Positions 15,488 to 29,065 of a DNA stretch of 64,000 nucleotides are shown here, in pieces. The notes beneath the pieces are model-generated. The model was not told the origin of the DNA and searched no databases. It saw only the letters and a list, made by a program, of their open reading frames with translations. The position numbers and the translations under genes were made by a program. The stretch comes from Eledone cirrhosa. Lineage: Eukaryota. The stretch lies in contig OZ024740.1 in assembly GCA_964016885.1 (NCBI GenBank), positions 107,260,001-107,324,000 on the forward strand. The letters run 5' to 3'. Every line of letters starts with the position of its first letter. The first letter of the stretch is position 1.

Positions 15488-15672
15488 TATATATATATAT
15501 ATATACAGTATATATACAGTATATATATATATACAGTATATATACAGTATATATATATATATATATATATATACAGTATATATATATATACAGTATATAT
15601 ATATATATATATATATATACAGTATATATATATATATATATATATACAGTATATATATATATATACAGTATA

Positions 15673-15762
<90 letters not shown>

Positions 15763-15802
15763 TATATATATATATACTGTATATATATATATATATATAT
15801 AT

Positions 15803-15846
<44 letters not shown>

Positions 15847-15882
15847 TATATATATATATATATTCATATATATATATATATA

Positions 15883-15954
<72 letters not shown>

Positions 15955-16351
15955 GCTTCGTATTTCCTGCCCCCTCCCCACTAAAACTGTAAGTATTTTC
16001 TTGTCAAATTCTGTGATTTCCAAGTTAGATTCGGGAATTTCCAGGCCAGAAAATGAAAAAGTTTTGTTAGAAAAAAGTGAGTCTTTGCGTGGGTGAAAAG
16101 TAAAAGTTGTTTTATGGGTAAAAAGTTAATAGTTCTGGTGTACTGCATTATTCACGACAAAAGAAACACTGATCTTTAAATAATTATTGAAATCCATTGT
16201 TAAGAAGAGCAGAACGCTACGGCCATCATTTGGCAGGAAAGTAACTGTGCCTCGTGTATTTGATAATAATAATTCTAATTTTCTTCTATTAAAATTTGGT
16301 ACACTTAGGTAGTTAATAACCATGCTTTGCTTGCGTTTATTATGAATACGA

Positions 16352-16483
16352 TGGTGTTACGTTCTCGGTTCAAATCCAGCCGAGGTTAGCTTTATCTTTC
16401 ATCCTTACGGGGTCGATAAAATAAAGCACCAGTAAGCACTGGGGTCGATTTAAATAGCTGGCCTTGTGCCTAAATCAGAAACC
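16352..16483 (+). mobile_element. SINE (duplicate of 12457-12588)
   Basis: Same sequence and TSD. Confidence 0.85.
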
Positions 16484-16532
16484 ATTATGAATACGAGGAT
16501 CGACTGAAAAGTTCAAATATATATGTGTACCT

Positions 16533-16608
<76 letters not shown>

Positions 16609-16865
16609 AAAACAAGATGGCGTTGGGCCGAACAAAGGAGAGGCACAAAAACAAAGAAAAGAATGCCTAGTCACTGAAGAGGTCACAGAATGTGTGACCT
16701 AAGAATTTGACAATATATGAACAATCATCTGGTTGTGGAACCAACCAACCAACCAGAAATTTATAAATTCCTAAATTTATAAATTTAATTCATAATAAAT
16801 TGAAGTGAAAGCAACTGGTGCGTGTGTTTCTTATTAGCAACATGACCCTCCCAAAGTATAACAAA

Positions 16866-16906
<41 letters not shown>

Positions 16907-17066
16907 TAAGTTATTCCGGGTTGAATCGGAGGTAACCACAGTAAGTAAGATACTCAATACATTGCGGAGTATAAAAGTTTTAATATAGATGAGATTCTAC
17001 AGGACTAGAAATCATTTAGAAATCATCAGGAATCTCAGGAAAGAGTTCTAGTCCTGTATAATCTCA

Positions 17067-17125
<59 letters not shown>

Positions 17126-17219
17126 TGTATATATATATATATATATACATATATATAATGTATACATATATATAATATATATATATAATGTATATATATA
17201 TATATACATATATATAATG

Positions 17220-17251
<32 letters not shown>

Positions 17252-17637
17252 TATAATGTATATATATATATATATATATATACATATATATAATGTATAT
17301 ATATATATGTATATGTATATATAATGTATATATATATATACATATATATAATGTATATATATATATACATATATATAATGTATATATATATATATATATA
17401 CATATATATAATGTATATATATATAATGTATATATATATATATAATGTATATATAATGTATATATATATATAATGTATATATGTATATATATATAAATAC
17501 TGTATATATATATATATATACAAATATATAATGTGTACATATATATAATGTATATATATATATAATGTATATATATATACATATATATAATGTATATATA
17601 TATATATATACATATATATAATGTATATATATATATA

Positions 17638-17690
<53 letters not shown>

Positions 17691-17747
17691 GTATATATAT
17701 ATATATAATGTATATATACATATATATAATGTATATATATATATATA

Positions 17748-18545
17748 TTAGAAAGTGAGGTTTTTTTTACAAATTGAAAAATAACCGAAGTGTCCTACAC
17801 GAGTGAAAGTATAAAGGAAAAGAGATGAAATGGAAAATGCAACTGGAGTCTTATTTTTTTTTAAATATATTTATTTGGTTCCTTTACCGGTTTCGCAGTT
17901 TTTCTGCTTTTCAAAAGTTGAGTTGAGATGGAGGGTCTGTGGTTTTTCTCACATCTGGTTGGTCTCTGAATGTTACTTGTTTTATATGGAAAAAGTGGCT
18001 CGAAATGCCAGGTTTTTCGAGAAGTAATTTGATTGGTTGGTCAATAATTATAATAAATTTCGCGCCAGTTCGCGTTACAATAGTTCTTCAAATAAGAGGG
18101 CGGGGTGTGGGGGGTTGTCACAGGTTGTTTTTTCATATATGAGTGTTTGAATTTCTTTTTACTTGAAAAAAGGGGCTCACGAAGGCTTTTTTTTGATTGG
18201 TTATAAATGAAACTATGGCTGTCACGTGAACAAGTTTTCATTAAATTGTCGCGCCCTTATTTGGAAATCCATTCTGTAGCCTTTTTAGAGAATTTTATGA
18301 TAAGTGAAAGATAATGGTCAAGAGAAATGGGATGGGAGACTTGTTCTGGTTCAGTGAATATGGTTAGTTCGGTGGGGTGTCAGAATTCAGATTTTCTATT
18401 GAATAAAGAAAGTAAAGATATGTATGTTTATTTGTGTGCTTGTGTGTGTGTGCATGTGTGTGTGTGTGTGTGTGTTGTGCGTATGTGTTTGGATTTCTTT
18501 TTACTTAAAAAAAAGAGTGGCTCACGGAGGCTTTTTTTTTATTAA
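17748..18545 (-). mobile_element. Non-coding PLE 3' end / pLTR related to the PLE-2 pLTR
   Basis: Shares TTTACCGGTT...GCTTTTCAAAA and AAAAAGTGGCTC...TTTGATTGGT motifs with 4560-4745. Confidence 0.65.
17882..17917 (-). ncRNA. Minimal type I hammerhead ribozyme with U3-A8 core
   Basis: Reverse strand ctt-TTGAAAA-gcag aaaaa ctgc-GAAA-ccgg-TA-aag. Confidence 0.75.
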
Positions 18546-18803
18546 CTTTCAGCTTATATCTGGAGTCTAAAAGACAACCACACCCAATATAAGTTACACT
18601 GGGAGATCCTAGCTAGGGCTAGATCGTATAACGGAAATAAAAGACCATGTGACCTCTGCGCCGCTGAGGCCCTGGAAATACTCTACGCCACAGACCACAT
18701 CTTAAACAAAAGATTTGAGGCAATTTCGGCTTGTAAACAGAAATTGTACAAAACTTTCCTGTATAACAGCCCCACGTTATACCCTAACGGATAGTACGAT
18801 CTA
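18546..18803 (+). mobile_element. Fragment of the PLE-1 family GIY-YIG C-terminus
   Basis: Near-identical reverse complement of 2210-2468 (LSAYIWSLKDNHTQYKLHWEIL...). Confidence 0.9.
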
Positions 18804-18829
18804 TATTTATATATATATATATATATATA

Positions 18830-18885
<56 letters not shown>

Positions 18886-19060
18886 GTTATTCCGGGTTGA
18901 ATCGGAGGTAACCACAGTAAGTAAGGTACTCAATACATAGCAGAGTATAACAGTTTTAATATAGATGAGATTCTACAGGACTAGAACTGTTTCATTCATT
19001 AGAAATCATCAGGAATCTGATTTCTAATGAATGAAACAGTTCTACTCCTGTAGAATCTCA

Positions 19061-19064
<4 letters not shown>
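18886..19064 (-). mobile_element. Short PLE terminus with ~50 bp fold-back and HHR
   Basis: 18959-19008 is inverted at 19018-19066. Confidence 0.75.
18968..19018 (-). ncRNA. Type I hammerhead ribozyme (weak stem II)
   Basis: Reverse strand agattc-CTGATGA-tttc taat gaat-GAAA-cag ttctagtc ctg-TA-gaatct. Confidence 0.7.
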
Positions 19065-19124
<60 letters not shown>

Positions 19125-19422
19125 GTATATATATATATATAATGTATATATTTATATATATAATGTGTATATATAATGTATATATTTATATATATAATGT
19201 ATATATATATATAATGTATATATATATATATATAATGTATATATATATATAATGTATATATATATATATATAATGTATATATATATATAATATATAATGT
19301 ATATATTTATATATATAATGTATATATATATATAATGTATATATTTATATATATAATGTATATATATATATAATGTATATATTTATATATATATATAATG
19401 TATATATATATATATATATATA

Positions 19423-19456
<34 letters not shown>

Positions 19457-19697
19457 TATATATATATATATATATAATGTATATATTTATATATATATAA
19501 TGTATATATATATATATATATATAATGTATATATTTATATATATATATAATGTATATATTTATATATATATATAATGTATATATTGATATATATATAATG
19601 TATATATATATATATATATATATAATGTATATATTTATATATATATAATGTATATATATATATATATATATATAATGTATATATATATATATATATA

Positions 19698-19791
<94 letters not shown>

Positions 19792-19810
19792 TATATCATG
19801 TATATATATA

Positions 19811-19859
<49 letters not shown>

Positions 19860-19865
19860 TATATC

Positions 19866-19914
<49 letters not shown>

Positions 19915-19994
19915 GTATATATATATATTATATATATATAATGTATATATATATATATATATATATAATGTATATATATATATATATATATATA

Positions 19995-20053
<59 letters not shown>

Positions 20054-20090
20054 GTATATATATATATATAATGTATATATATGTATAATG

Positions 20091-20174
<84 letters not shown>

Positions 20175-20240
20175 ATTAGAGTTAACACTCAATTGGAACC
20201 CTGCAACTATTAAGCTCCAAGTATAAATACTGAGCTGATA

Positions 20241-20277
<37 letters not shown>

Positions 20278-20373
20278 GTATATATTTATATATATATAAT
20301 GTATATATTTATATATATATATATAATGTATATATTTATATATATATAATGTATATATTTATATATATATATA

Positions 20374-20423
<50 letters not shown>

Positions 20424-20471
20424 GTATATATATATATATATATAATGTATATATTTATATATATATATATA

Positions 20472-20563
<92 letters not shown>

Positions 20564-20688
20564 ATGTATATATATATATATATATAATGTATATATATAT
20601 ATATATAATGTATATATATATATATATAATGTATATATATATATATATAATGTATATATATATATATAATGTATATATATATATATAT
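19065..20688. repeat. (TA)nATG array with a 75 bp island (20170-20245) related to 48440-48500
   Basis: Island reverse strand GCTCAGTATTTATACTTGGAGCTTAATAGTTGCAGGGTTC resembles ATACTTAGAGCTTAATAGTTACAGGGTTC. Confidence 0.85.
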
Positions 20689-20736
20689 GGAGGCATAGAT
20701 GGAGGCATATACATAGATGGAGGCATATATATAGAT

Positions 20737-21084
20737 GGAGGCACATGGCTTAGTGGTTAGAGCATTGGCCTTGCAATCGAAAGGTTGTGAGTTCAATTCT
20801 CAGACTGGGTGATGTGTTGTTTCCTTGAGCAAGACACTTTATTTCACATTGCTCCAGTTTACTCAGCTGTAGAAATGAGATGATAGGGACTGCGGTCCTT
20901 ATCATTCCACTGCAAAGTGGTCGTGGAGGTGCCACGGCAAAAAAGCACCCAGCACTCACTGTAAATGAGGTTGGTGTTAGGAAGGGCATCCAGCTGTAGA
21001 AATCAAGCCAGAATCAGTTCCCGTCCCACCCTTGCAAGCAGGGAAAAGCGGACGTAAAATGATGATGATGATGATGATGATGAT
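20737..21084 (+). mobile_element. tRNA-headed SINE carrying an RTE-derived 3' end and (GAT)n tail
   Basis: A box TGGCTTAGTGG, B box GAGTTCAATTC, CCTTGAGCAAGACACTTT; 20928-21020 is nearly identical to the RTE 3' UTR 29107-29243. Confidence 0.85.
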
Positions 21085-21096
21085 ATATATATAATG

Positions 21097-21127
<31 letters not shown>

Positions 21128-21307
21128 CATTATGAAGAGAGAAGAAACATTTAGATATAATTAGTAATAAAATGTATCATAGCTAAACTCACAGTTGGGT
21201 GCGGATATAATTAGTAATAAAATGTATCATACCTTAACTCACAGTTGGGTGCGGATGCTTTCATGTATATATGTGTGTGTCCGCATGTATCTGTGTGTTT
21301 CTAAATA

Positions 21308-21352
<45 letters not shown>

Positions 21353-21414
21353 GTATATATTTATATTTATATATATATAATGTATATATTTATATATATA
21401 TAATGTATATACAT

Positions 21415-21448
<34 letters not shown>

Positions 21449-21501
21449 ATATTATATATATATTATATATATATATATTATATATATATATATATATATA
21501 C

Positions 21502-21555
<54 letters not shown>

Positions 21556-21591
21556 TATACATTATATATATATATATATATATACATATAC

Positions 21592-21644
<53 letters not shown>

Positions 21645-21645
21645 C

Positions 21646-21688
<43 letters not shown>

Positions 21689-21828
21689 ATATATTATATA
21701 TATATATATTATATATACAAAAATCGGAATTAAGAGCATTCCGCAGTTCACTGTAATAATAATAATAATAATAATAATAGTATTATTAGCTCAAAAGAAG
21801 AATAGAGAATTTCCTTCCGAGCTCAAAT

Positions 21829-22236
21829 GTAAGTATATATTACACAAAGAGAAATGTGTTACACAGTGAGATGTGTGTAAAGAATTATTACAAGTGATTT
21901 TACTGGTACTGTAAAGGGAAAGCTATGAAGGTTAGATGTGCAGGTTTCAGTCTCGCATTTTTCTGACTGATGATCCATGTGGACTGTTATGCTACACACA
22001 TAGGTGGTGACACATATAAGTGGTGAAACGAAAAACTAGGTTCGTATCAGCAAAATATAGTTATAAGGTTGTGATTTAAAATTCCAATCCAGAGATTTGA
22101 TTCTGATCTGTTATTTTTCCTATTTAATAGCTTACCTGTAGATATTGTTCCCTTTACATTAACGGTAAAATCACTTGTAATAATTCTTTAGACACTTCTC
22201 ACTGTGTAACACATTTCTCTTTGTGTAATATATACT

Positions 22237-22241
<5 letters not shown>
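21829..22241 (+). mobile_element. Non-coding PLE-type mini-element with ~77 bp terminal inversion and internal HHR
   Basis: 21829-21905 is inverted at 22163-22241. Confidence 0.75.
21963..22050 (+). ncRNA. Type I hammerhead ribozyme
   Basis: ctga-CTGATGA-tcca...tggt-GAAA-cgaa aaactagg ttcg-TA-tcag. Confidence 0.8.
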
Positions 22242-22276
<35 letters not shown>

Positions 22277-22326
22277 TATATATATATATATATTATATAT
22301 ATATATATATATACATTATATATATA

Positions 22327-22413
<87 letters not shown>

Positions 22414-22496
22414 TATTAAGTGTATTGAGTTCAAAACTCAAGCATTCCTTTACAATGATAAAAAAAGCTCAAACAAAGAAATATTTCTGAGCCGTA

Positions 22497-22921
22497 TAAA
22501 ACAAGTAAATATAAATTAATATATATGATGAAACACAAATACCAACATATCTGTGTTTATATTGTAAAAGAAATTAAGTTAGCTAGAATGAAATATACTG
22601 ATTATAATATTACAGTTTCCTATCTCGATTTAAAATAAAAAATCAATAAAAACAAACAGTATTGGCAAATGGCCATGGTGTTTAGACAAATTTAAATTTC
22701 GAAATCAAACCTGTTCCGTAGATAAGTTTAAACTTTAAAATCCAAATATGCCAATACTGTTTGTTTTTATTGATTTATTATTTTAAATCGAGATAGGCAA
22801 ACTGTAATATTATAATTAGTATATTTCATTCTAGCTAACTTAATTTCTTTTACAATATAAACACAGATATGTTGGTATTTGTGTTTCATCATATATATTA
22901 ATTTATATTTACTTGTTTTAT
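22497..22921. repeat. Fold-back: ~172 bp arms, ~78 nt spacer
   Basis: TAAAACAAGTAAAT...CAGTATTGGCA versus TGCCAATACTG...ATTTACTTGTTTTA. Confidence 0.9.
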
Positions 22922-23016
22922 ATATATATATATACATTATATACATATATATATATATATACATTATATATATATATACATTATAATAATATATATAATA
23001 TATATATATATACATT

Positions 23017-23059
<43 letters not shown>

Positions 23060-23164
23060 ATATTATATATATTATATACAATTATATATATATAATATAC
23101 ATATTATATATATATATACATATTATATATATATAATATATATATATTATATAATTTATACTAT

Positions 23165-23198
<34 letters not shown>

Positions 23199-23229
23199 TA
23201 TATATATATATATATACATATTACATATA

Positions 23230-23281
<52 letters not shown>

Positions 23282-23485
23282 ATATATATATATATTATAT
23301 ATATATATATTATATATATATATAATTATATATATATTATATATATATTATATATATTATATATATATATATATATAATATATATTTATATATTATATAT
23401 ATATTATATATATATATATATATTATATATATATATATATTATATATATACATTATATATTAGATATATATATTATATATATATA

Positions 23486-23533
<48 letters not shown>

Positions 23534-23677
23534 TATATATATATTATATACATTATATATATAATATTATGTATATATATATATATATATATAACATTAT
23601 ATATATATATATATATATATAATATAATATATATATTATATATAATATATACATTATATATATATATATATATACAT

Positions 23678-23726
<49 letters not shown>

Positions 23727-23743
23727 ATACATTATATATATAT

Positions 23744-23795
<52 letters not shown>

Positions 23796-23801
23796 ATACA
23801 T

Positions 23802-23851
<50 letters not shown>

Positions 23852-23940
23852 TACATTATATATATATATATATAATATACATATATATATATATATATAT
23901 ACATTATATATATATATACATATATTATATATATATACAT

Positions 23941-23972
<32 letters not shown>

Positions 23973-24099
23973 TAATATATACATTATATATATATATATA
24001 TATCTATATATATATATACATTATATATATATATATATATATATATATGCATATATATACATTATATATATATTATATATATTATACATATATATATAC

Positions 24100-24172
<73 letters not shown>

Positions 24173-24174
24173 TT

Positions 24175-24211
<37 letters not shown>

Positions 24212-24428
24212 CATTATATATATATATATTTATACATTATACATATATATATATATATACATACATTATATATATATATACATACATTATATATATATAT
24301 ATACATTATAATATACATATATATATATATATATATACATTATATATATATACATTATATGTATATATATATATATTATATATATATATATACACTATAT
24401 ATATATACATACAACTATATATATATAC

Positions 24429-24527
<99 letters not shown>

Positions 24528-24557
24528 GTATATATATATAATGTATATATATATATA

Positions 24558-24620
<63 letters not shown>

Positions 24621-24666
24621 ATGTATATATATATAATATATAATGTATATATATATATATATATAT
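22922..24666. repeat. Degenerate (TA)n array (CAT then ATG spacers)
   Basis: Direct reading. Confidence 0.9.
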
Positions 24667-26452
24667 ATTACTCTTTTACTCTTTTACCTGTTTCAGCCAT
24701 CCGCTGAGGCCATGCTGGGGCACCGCCCTTGTTGCTACACATTTTATCTCCAGCCTGTATAGGTTGGCCACTGGTGTAGGAGGGAGTTTGTTGCTGCTGC
24801 CTTAGGTTTCCCCTCGAGTCTTGCTGTGGGCTCATCCGGGATCCTGGATAACAAGGTGTCGAGATGTTTCTTAAAAGACATCCACCTCCACGTCATGCAA
24901 GTCTCGCAGATGCCTCGGCAGCCTGTTGAAGAGTTGAGGGCCCTTGAATCCCAGGCTATTGCAATACCTGCTCCTTATTCTAGATGTGGAAGACGGGACC
25001 TTTGGCACCACACAGTGACGTCCTGTTCGACGGTTGGTCCAGCTCCCAATGCCAAAGTTTGGTGCTAGTCCCTCCAGGATTTTCCACATGTAGATCACTG
25101 CGTATCTCTCCAGTCTTCGCTCCAAGGAGTAGAGGTTCAGTTCCTTCAGCCTCTCCCAGTAGCTTGTCTCCCTCATCTTGGCAATCCTCTTGGTGTAGCT
25201 TCGCTGGATTGCCTCAAGCTCTGTGGTTAGTTTGACACTATGGGGTGACCACAGCTGGGAGCAGTAGTCCAGGCGGCTTAGGACAAAAGTCCTCCACAGT
25301 GTCAACATGGTGTCTCGATCTCTTGTAAGGAAAGTCCTCAAGATCCAGCCAGCGAATCGTCTACATGCTGTCGCCACCTTCATGATGTGTGAAGAAAAAG
25401 ATGCATCATCGCTCATGTCTATGCCCAGGTCTCGTATCGATTTTGACACGGGGATATCGGTCCCTCCTGGTCCTGTGTAGCTGTGTTCCGCTATATTTGT
25501 GTTTGTGTTTGCAGGTTTGTATTGTAGGGCTTGGAATTTGCCAGCATTAAACTGCATGTTGTTTTCTTCCGCCCATCTGTATATGGCATCCAGATCCTGC
25601 TGTAAGAGGGCAGCGTCAGCCGGGTTTTTGATTGCCTGTGCTACCTTAGTGTCATCAGCATAGCTAGTGAGGGATGTTGTTGCATGCACCACAGAGGGCA
25701 TGTCCGAGAGAGCCACCAAAAACAGTAGTGGTCCCAGGACTGTCCCCTGAGGCACCCCACTTGTTATCGGTGTTTCCCTCGAGAGGGCCCCATTTGCTGC
25801 GACTGCCTGGCTTCTGTCCCTCAGGAAGCCATGCAGCCACTCACCTACTTTTCCAGTTATGCCGAGTCCGTGTAGTTTGTGACATATCATTCCGTGGTCG
25901 ACCTTGTCAAAGGCCCTCGCAAAGTCAAGATATATCACGTCTACATGTGAGCTGTCTAGTAGCTGTCTCAGTACCCAGTCGTAGTGATGTAGCAGCTGTG
26001 TAAGGCAGCTTCTTCCTGGGCGGAAGCCATGTTACGTGCTAGTCAGGCGGTCATTTTCTTCGAGGAAAGTGATTAGTTTCTTTCTGACGACTCGCTCCAT
26101 GACCTTACTGATATGCGACGTCAGGGAGACTGGCCTATAGTTCTTGGCCTCCGCTCTACTACCTCCTTTATGGATAGGGCATATTGTGCCTTCTTTCAGC
26201 TCCCTGGGTAGTACACCGCTAGCCAAGGAGCTTCTGAAGAGCATCTTCAGTGGAGTTGCTAAGGCCCGCTTACATATTTTTAGGAGAACTGCTGGGAATC
26301 CATCAGGTCCAGCAGCCGAGTCTGTTCTAATTTCATCAATGGCGTACACCACATCCTCCTCCGTTATGTCTATGTGGTTGATGGTTGCCATTTCTTGATG
26401 TAATGTTGTGGCATCAAAGAACTCCTCTGGCTTCGTTATTTGCATGTGCCTC
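24667..26452 (-). mobile_element. 5'-truncated CR1-group LINE (RT region nearly intact)
   Basis: AAGPDGFP, NYRPVSLTS, premature TAA at 26032, IYLDFARAFDKVDH, SGVPQGTVLGPLLF, YADD, LERR. 3' end GGCGGTGCCCCAGCATGGCC...GGCTGAAACAGG plus (TAAAAGAG)n tail. Confidence 0.9.
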
Positions 26453-26483
26453 ATTATATATATAATGTATATATATATATATA

Positions 26484-26514
<31 letters not shown>

Positions 26515-26584
26515 ATGTATATATATATATATATATAATGTATATATATATATATATATAATGTATATATATATATATATATAT

Positions 26585-29065
26585 ACAAACTTTAAAAAAC
26601 CCGACAACCACCTGATCACCTATAGATCAGGGGAGCACTCTAGTCAGTTAGATTTTATCCTCATCAGAGGACGTGACAGATGGACGGTCGTAAACACAAA
26701 AGCCTTCCCTAGTGAGGAATGTACATCCCAACATAGCTTAGTTGTCAGCGACCTCACGGTCAGAACTAGACGAGCCCTGAAACAGAGGCCAACCTGGAGA
26801 AGAAAGATCTGGAAGCTGAAAGTCCCCTCAACCAGTAACAGATTTAAAGATATTTTACTCAACGCCTACGACAGTAAAGAAGAACAGATAGAGACATTTA
26901 ACGTAGAAGAGAACTGGGAGTTCCTAAAAAATAACTTACTAGAGGCGACGGATGAGGTTTGTGGCTGGAGTAAGACCTCAAGCAGGAGGAGAGTGACTTG
27001 GTGGTGGAACAATAAGGTAGATGAAGCAGTCAAGGCCAAGAGACAGGCATGGAAAGAATGGAAGAACGGGGGGAGCAGGGTACATTACATAGAGACCAAG
27101 AGGGAAGCTAGGCGACAAGTATACTTAGCTAGGAGGGAAGCAGAGGATAGAAAATTCAAGCATGTTTTACAACGTGAGGACCAGAAACAGGAGGTATTCA
27201 AGATTGCGAGGCAGTGTGTCAGAGATAGTTGTGATGTCATTGGAGAGAAGTGTATCCGGAATGATAAAGGTGAGCTTGCCCTCACAAGTGCTGAGAAGAA
27301 AGATGCATGGAAGAGTCATTATGATAGATTACTAAATGAGGAGAATGCATGGGAAGAAGAGACCCTACCCCACGTAGACCCTATAGAGGGACCAGCAGTA
27401 CAAGTCAGCGGCAGCGTAGTAAGTAAGGCAATCAGAGATATGAAGATAGCGAAGGCAACCGGTCCATCGGGTATAGCTGCCGAGATGCTGAAGGCATCTG
27501 GGTCTGTAGGTCACACTATAACCACACGTATCGTTAACCAGGTAATACTAGAGGGGGCCATACCAAAAGATTGGTGCAGTAGCATCATTGTCAACTGCTA
27601 CAAAGGTAAAGGCGATGCACTAGATAGAGGAAACTATAGAGGTATAAAGTTGATGGACCAGGTCATGAAAGTAACAGAAAGAGTTATAGCACAGCTGATT
27701 AGGGACCGGGTGAATATAGACGAGATGCAATTTGGGTTTGTACCAGGGAAAGGCACCACTGATGCCCTCTTCCTTGTGAGGCAATTACAGGAAAAGTACC
27801 TAGCTAAAAGTAAGCCACTCTACTTGGCATTTGTCGACCTTGAGAAAGCCTTTGACAGAGTTCCACGTGCAGTAATCTGGTGGGCTCTTAGAAAACTAGG
27901 AGTAGATGAATGGCTTGTGAAAGCGGTACAAGCCATGTATAGGGGAGCAGTCAGCAAAGTTAGGATTGGCAATGAGTATAGCGAGGAATTTAGCGTACAG
28001 GTTGGGGTCCACCAGGGCTCTGTTCTTAGCCCTCTCCTGTTCATCATAGTCCTGCAGGCAATAACGGAGGAGTTTAAGACCGGATGCCCATGGGAACTCC
28101 TGTATGCTGATGACCTCGCACTCATAGCTGAATCTATGGTAGAACTAGAGAATAAATTCCAAACCTGGAAGCAGGGACTAGAGAGAAAGGGCCTCAAAGT
28201 CAACATGACAAAGACTAAGGTCCTTGTAAGTAGACGAGAAAACAGAACCCAGATCCCCTCAGGGAAATGGCCTTGCTCAGTATGTAGGAAAGGTGTAGGT
28301 AGGAACTCCATTCTCTGCCCCAAATGCAAACAATGGGTACACAAGAGATGTAGCGGGATCTCAGGAAGCTTAATTAAGAATGTAGGATTCACATGCAGCA
28401 GCTGTGCTGAAACAGCAAGCAAACAGCCACAGGAAACAAGTACCACCAATCTCTGGGAGGGCCCTGTAGAAACAGTAGACAGCTTCTGCTACCTAGGTGA
28501 CCGAATTAGCAACGGAGGTGGGTGCTCAGAAAGTACAATAACTAGGGTAAGAACGGGATGGAAGAAGTTTAGGGAACTACTACCATTGCTAGCTGCAAAA
28601 GGCTTCTCCCTCAGAATGAAAGGCAGACTGTATGATGCGTGTATCCGAACAGCGATGTTGCATGGTAGTGAGACCTGGGCGCTGAAGGTGGAAGACTTAC
28701 GTAGATTAGAGAGAAACGAAGCCTGCATGCTCCGATGGATGTGTAACAGTAATATACGTGAACGACAAAGCATAAAGGAATTGAGAGAGAGACTGAGCAT
28801 AAGAGGAATCAAATGCTGCGTGCAGGAGAGGCGGTTACGCTGGTATGAACATGTGATGCGTATGAAGGATGACAGCTGCATAAAAAGGTGCAGAGCACTA
28901 GAAGTTGATGGAAACCGCGGAGTGGGGAGACCCAAGATGACTTGGGATGAGGTGATAAAAGCCGACCTTACCCAACTACACCTCTCAAAGTCAATGACAC
29001 ACGACCGTGACTTCTGGCGTCACGCAGTAATACAGGGTACCCGACCTCCCATGGGTACATGCTGA
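26585..29065 (+). CDS. RTE ORF (partial APE, RT, PHD finger), open but lacking its N-terminus
   Basis: NYRGIKL, QFGF, FVDLEKAFDRV, GVHQGSVLSPLLF, YADD, C4HC3 motif; the track's start at 26561 lies in flanking (TA)n. Confidence 0.85.
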   Translation, partial: TNFKKPDNHLITYRSGEHSSQLDFILIRGRDRWTVVNTKAFPSEECTSQHSLVVSDLTVRTRRALKQRPTWRRKIWKLKVPSTSNRFKDILLNAYDSKEEQIETFNVEENWEFLKNNLLEATDEVCGWSKTSSRRRVTWWWNNKVDEAVKAKRQAWKEWKNGGSRVHYIETKREARRQVYLARREAEDRKFKHVLQREDQKQEVFKIARQCVRDSCDVIGEKCIRNDKGELALTSAEKKDAWKSHYDRLLNEENAWEEETLPHVDPIEGPAVQVSGSVVSKAIRDMKIAKATGPSGIAAEMLKASGSVGHTITTRIVNQVILEGAIPKDWCSSIIVNCYKGKGDALDRGNYRGIKLMDQVMKVTERVIAQLIRDRVNIDEMQFGFVPGKGTTDALFLVRQLQEKYLAKSKPLYLAFVDLEKAFDRVPRAVIWWALRKLGVDEWLVKAVQAMYRGAVSKVRIGNEYSEEFSVQVGVHQGSVLSPLLFIIVLQAITEEFKTGCPWELLYADDLALIAESMVELENKFQTWKQGLERKGLKVNMTKTKVLVSRRENRTQIPSGKWPCSVCRKGVGRNSILCPKCKQWVHKRCSGISGSLIKNVGFTCSSCAETASKQPQETSTTNLWEGPVETVDSFCYLGDRISNGGGCSESTITRVRTGWKKFRELLPLLAAKGFSLRMKGRLYDACIRTAMLHGSETWALKVEDLRRLERNEACMLRWMCNSNIRERQSIKELRERLSIRGIKCCVQERRLRWYEHVMRMKDDSCIKRCRALEVDGNRGVGRPKMTWDEVIKADLTQLHLSKSMTHDRDFWRHAVIQGTRPPMGTC

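Noticed and set aside
20737-20812. tRNA gene candidates (also 105-177 and 63012-63085)
   Set aside because: A/B boxes run into SINE bodies; no full cloverleaf.
21150-21255. ~50 bp tandem duplication in a short island
   Set aside because: Real but an ordinary local duplication; no further structure seen.
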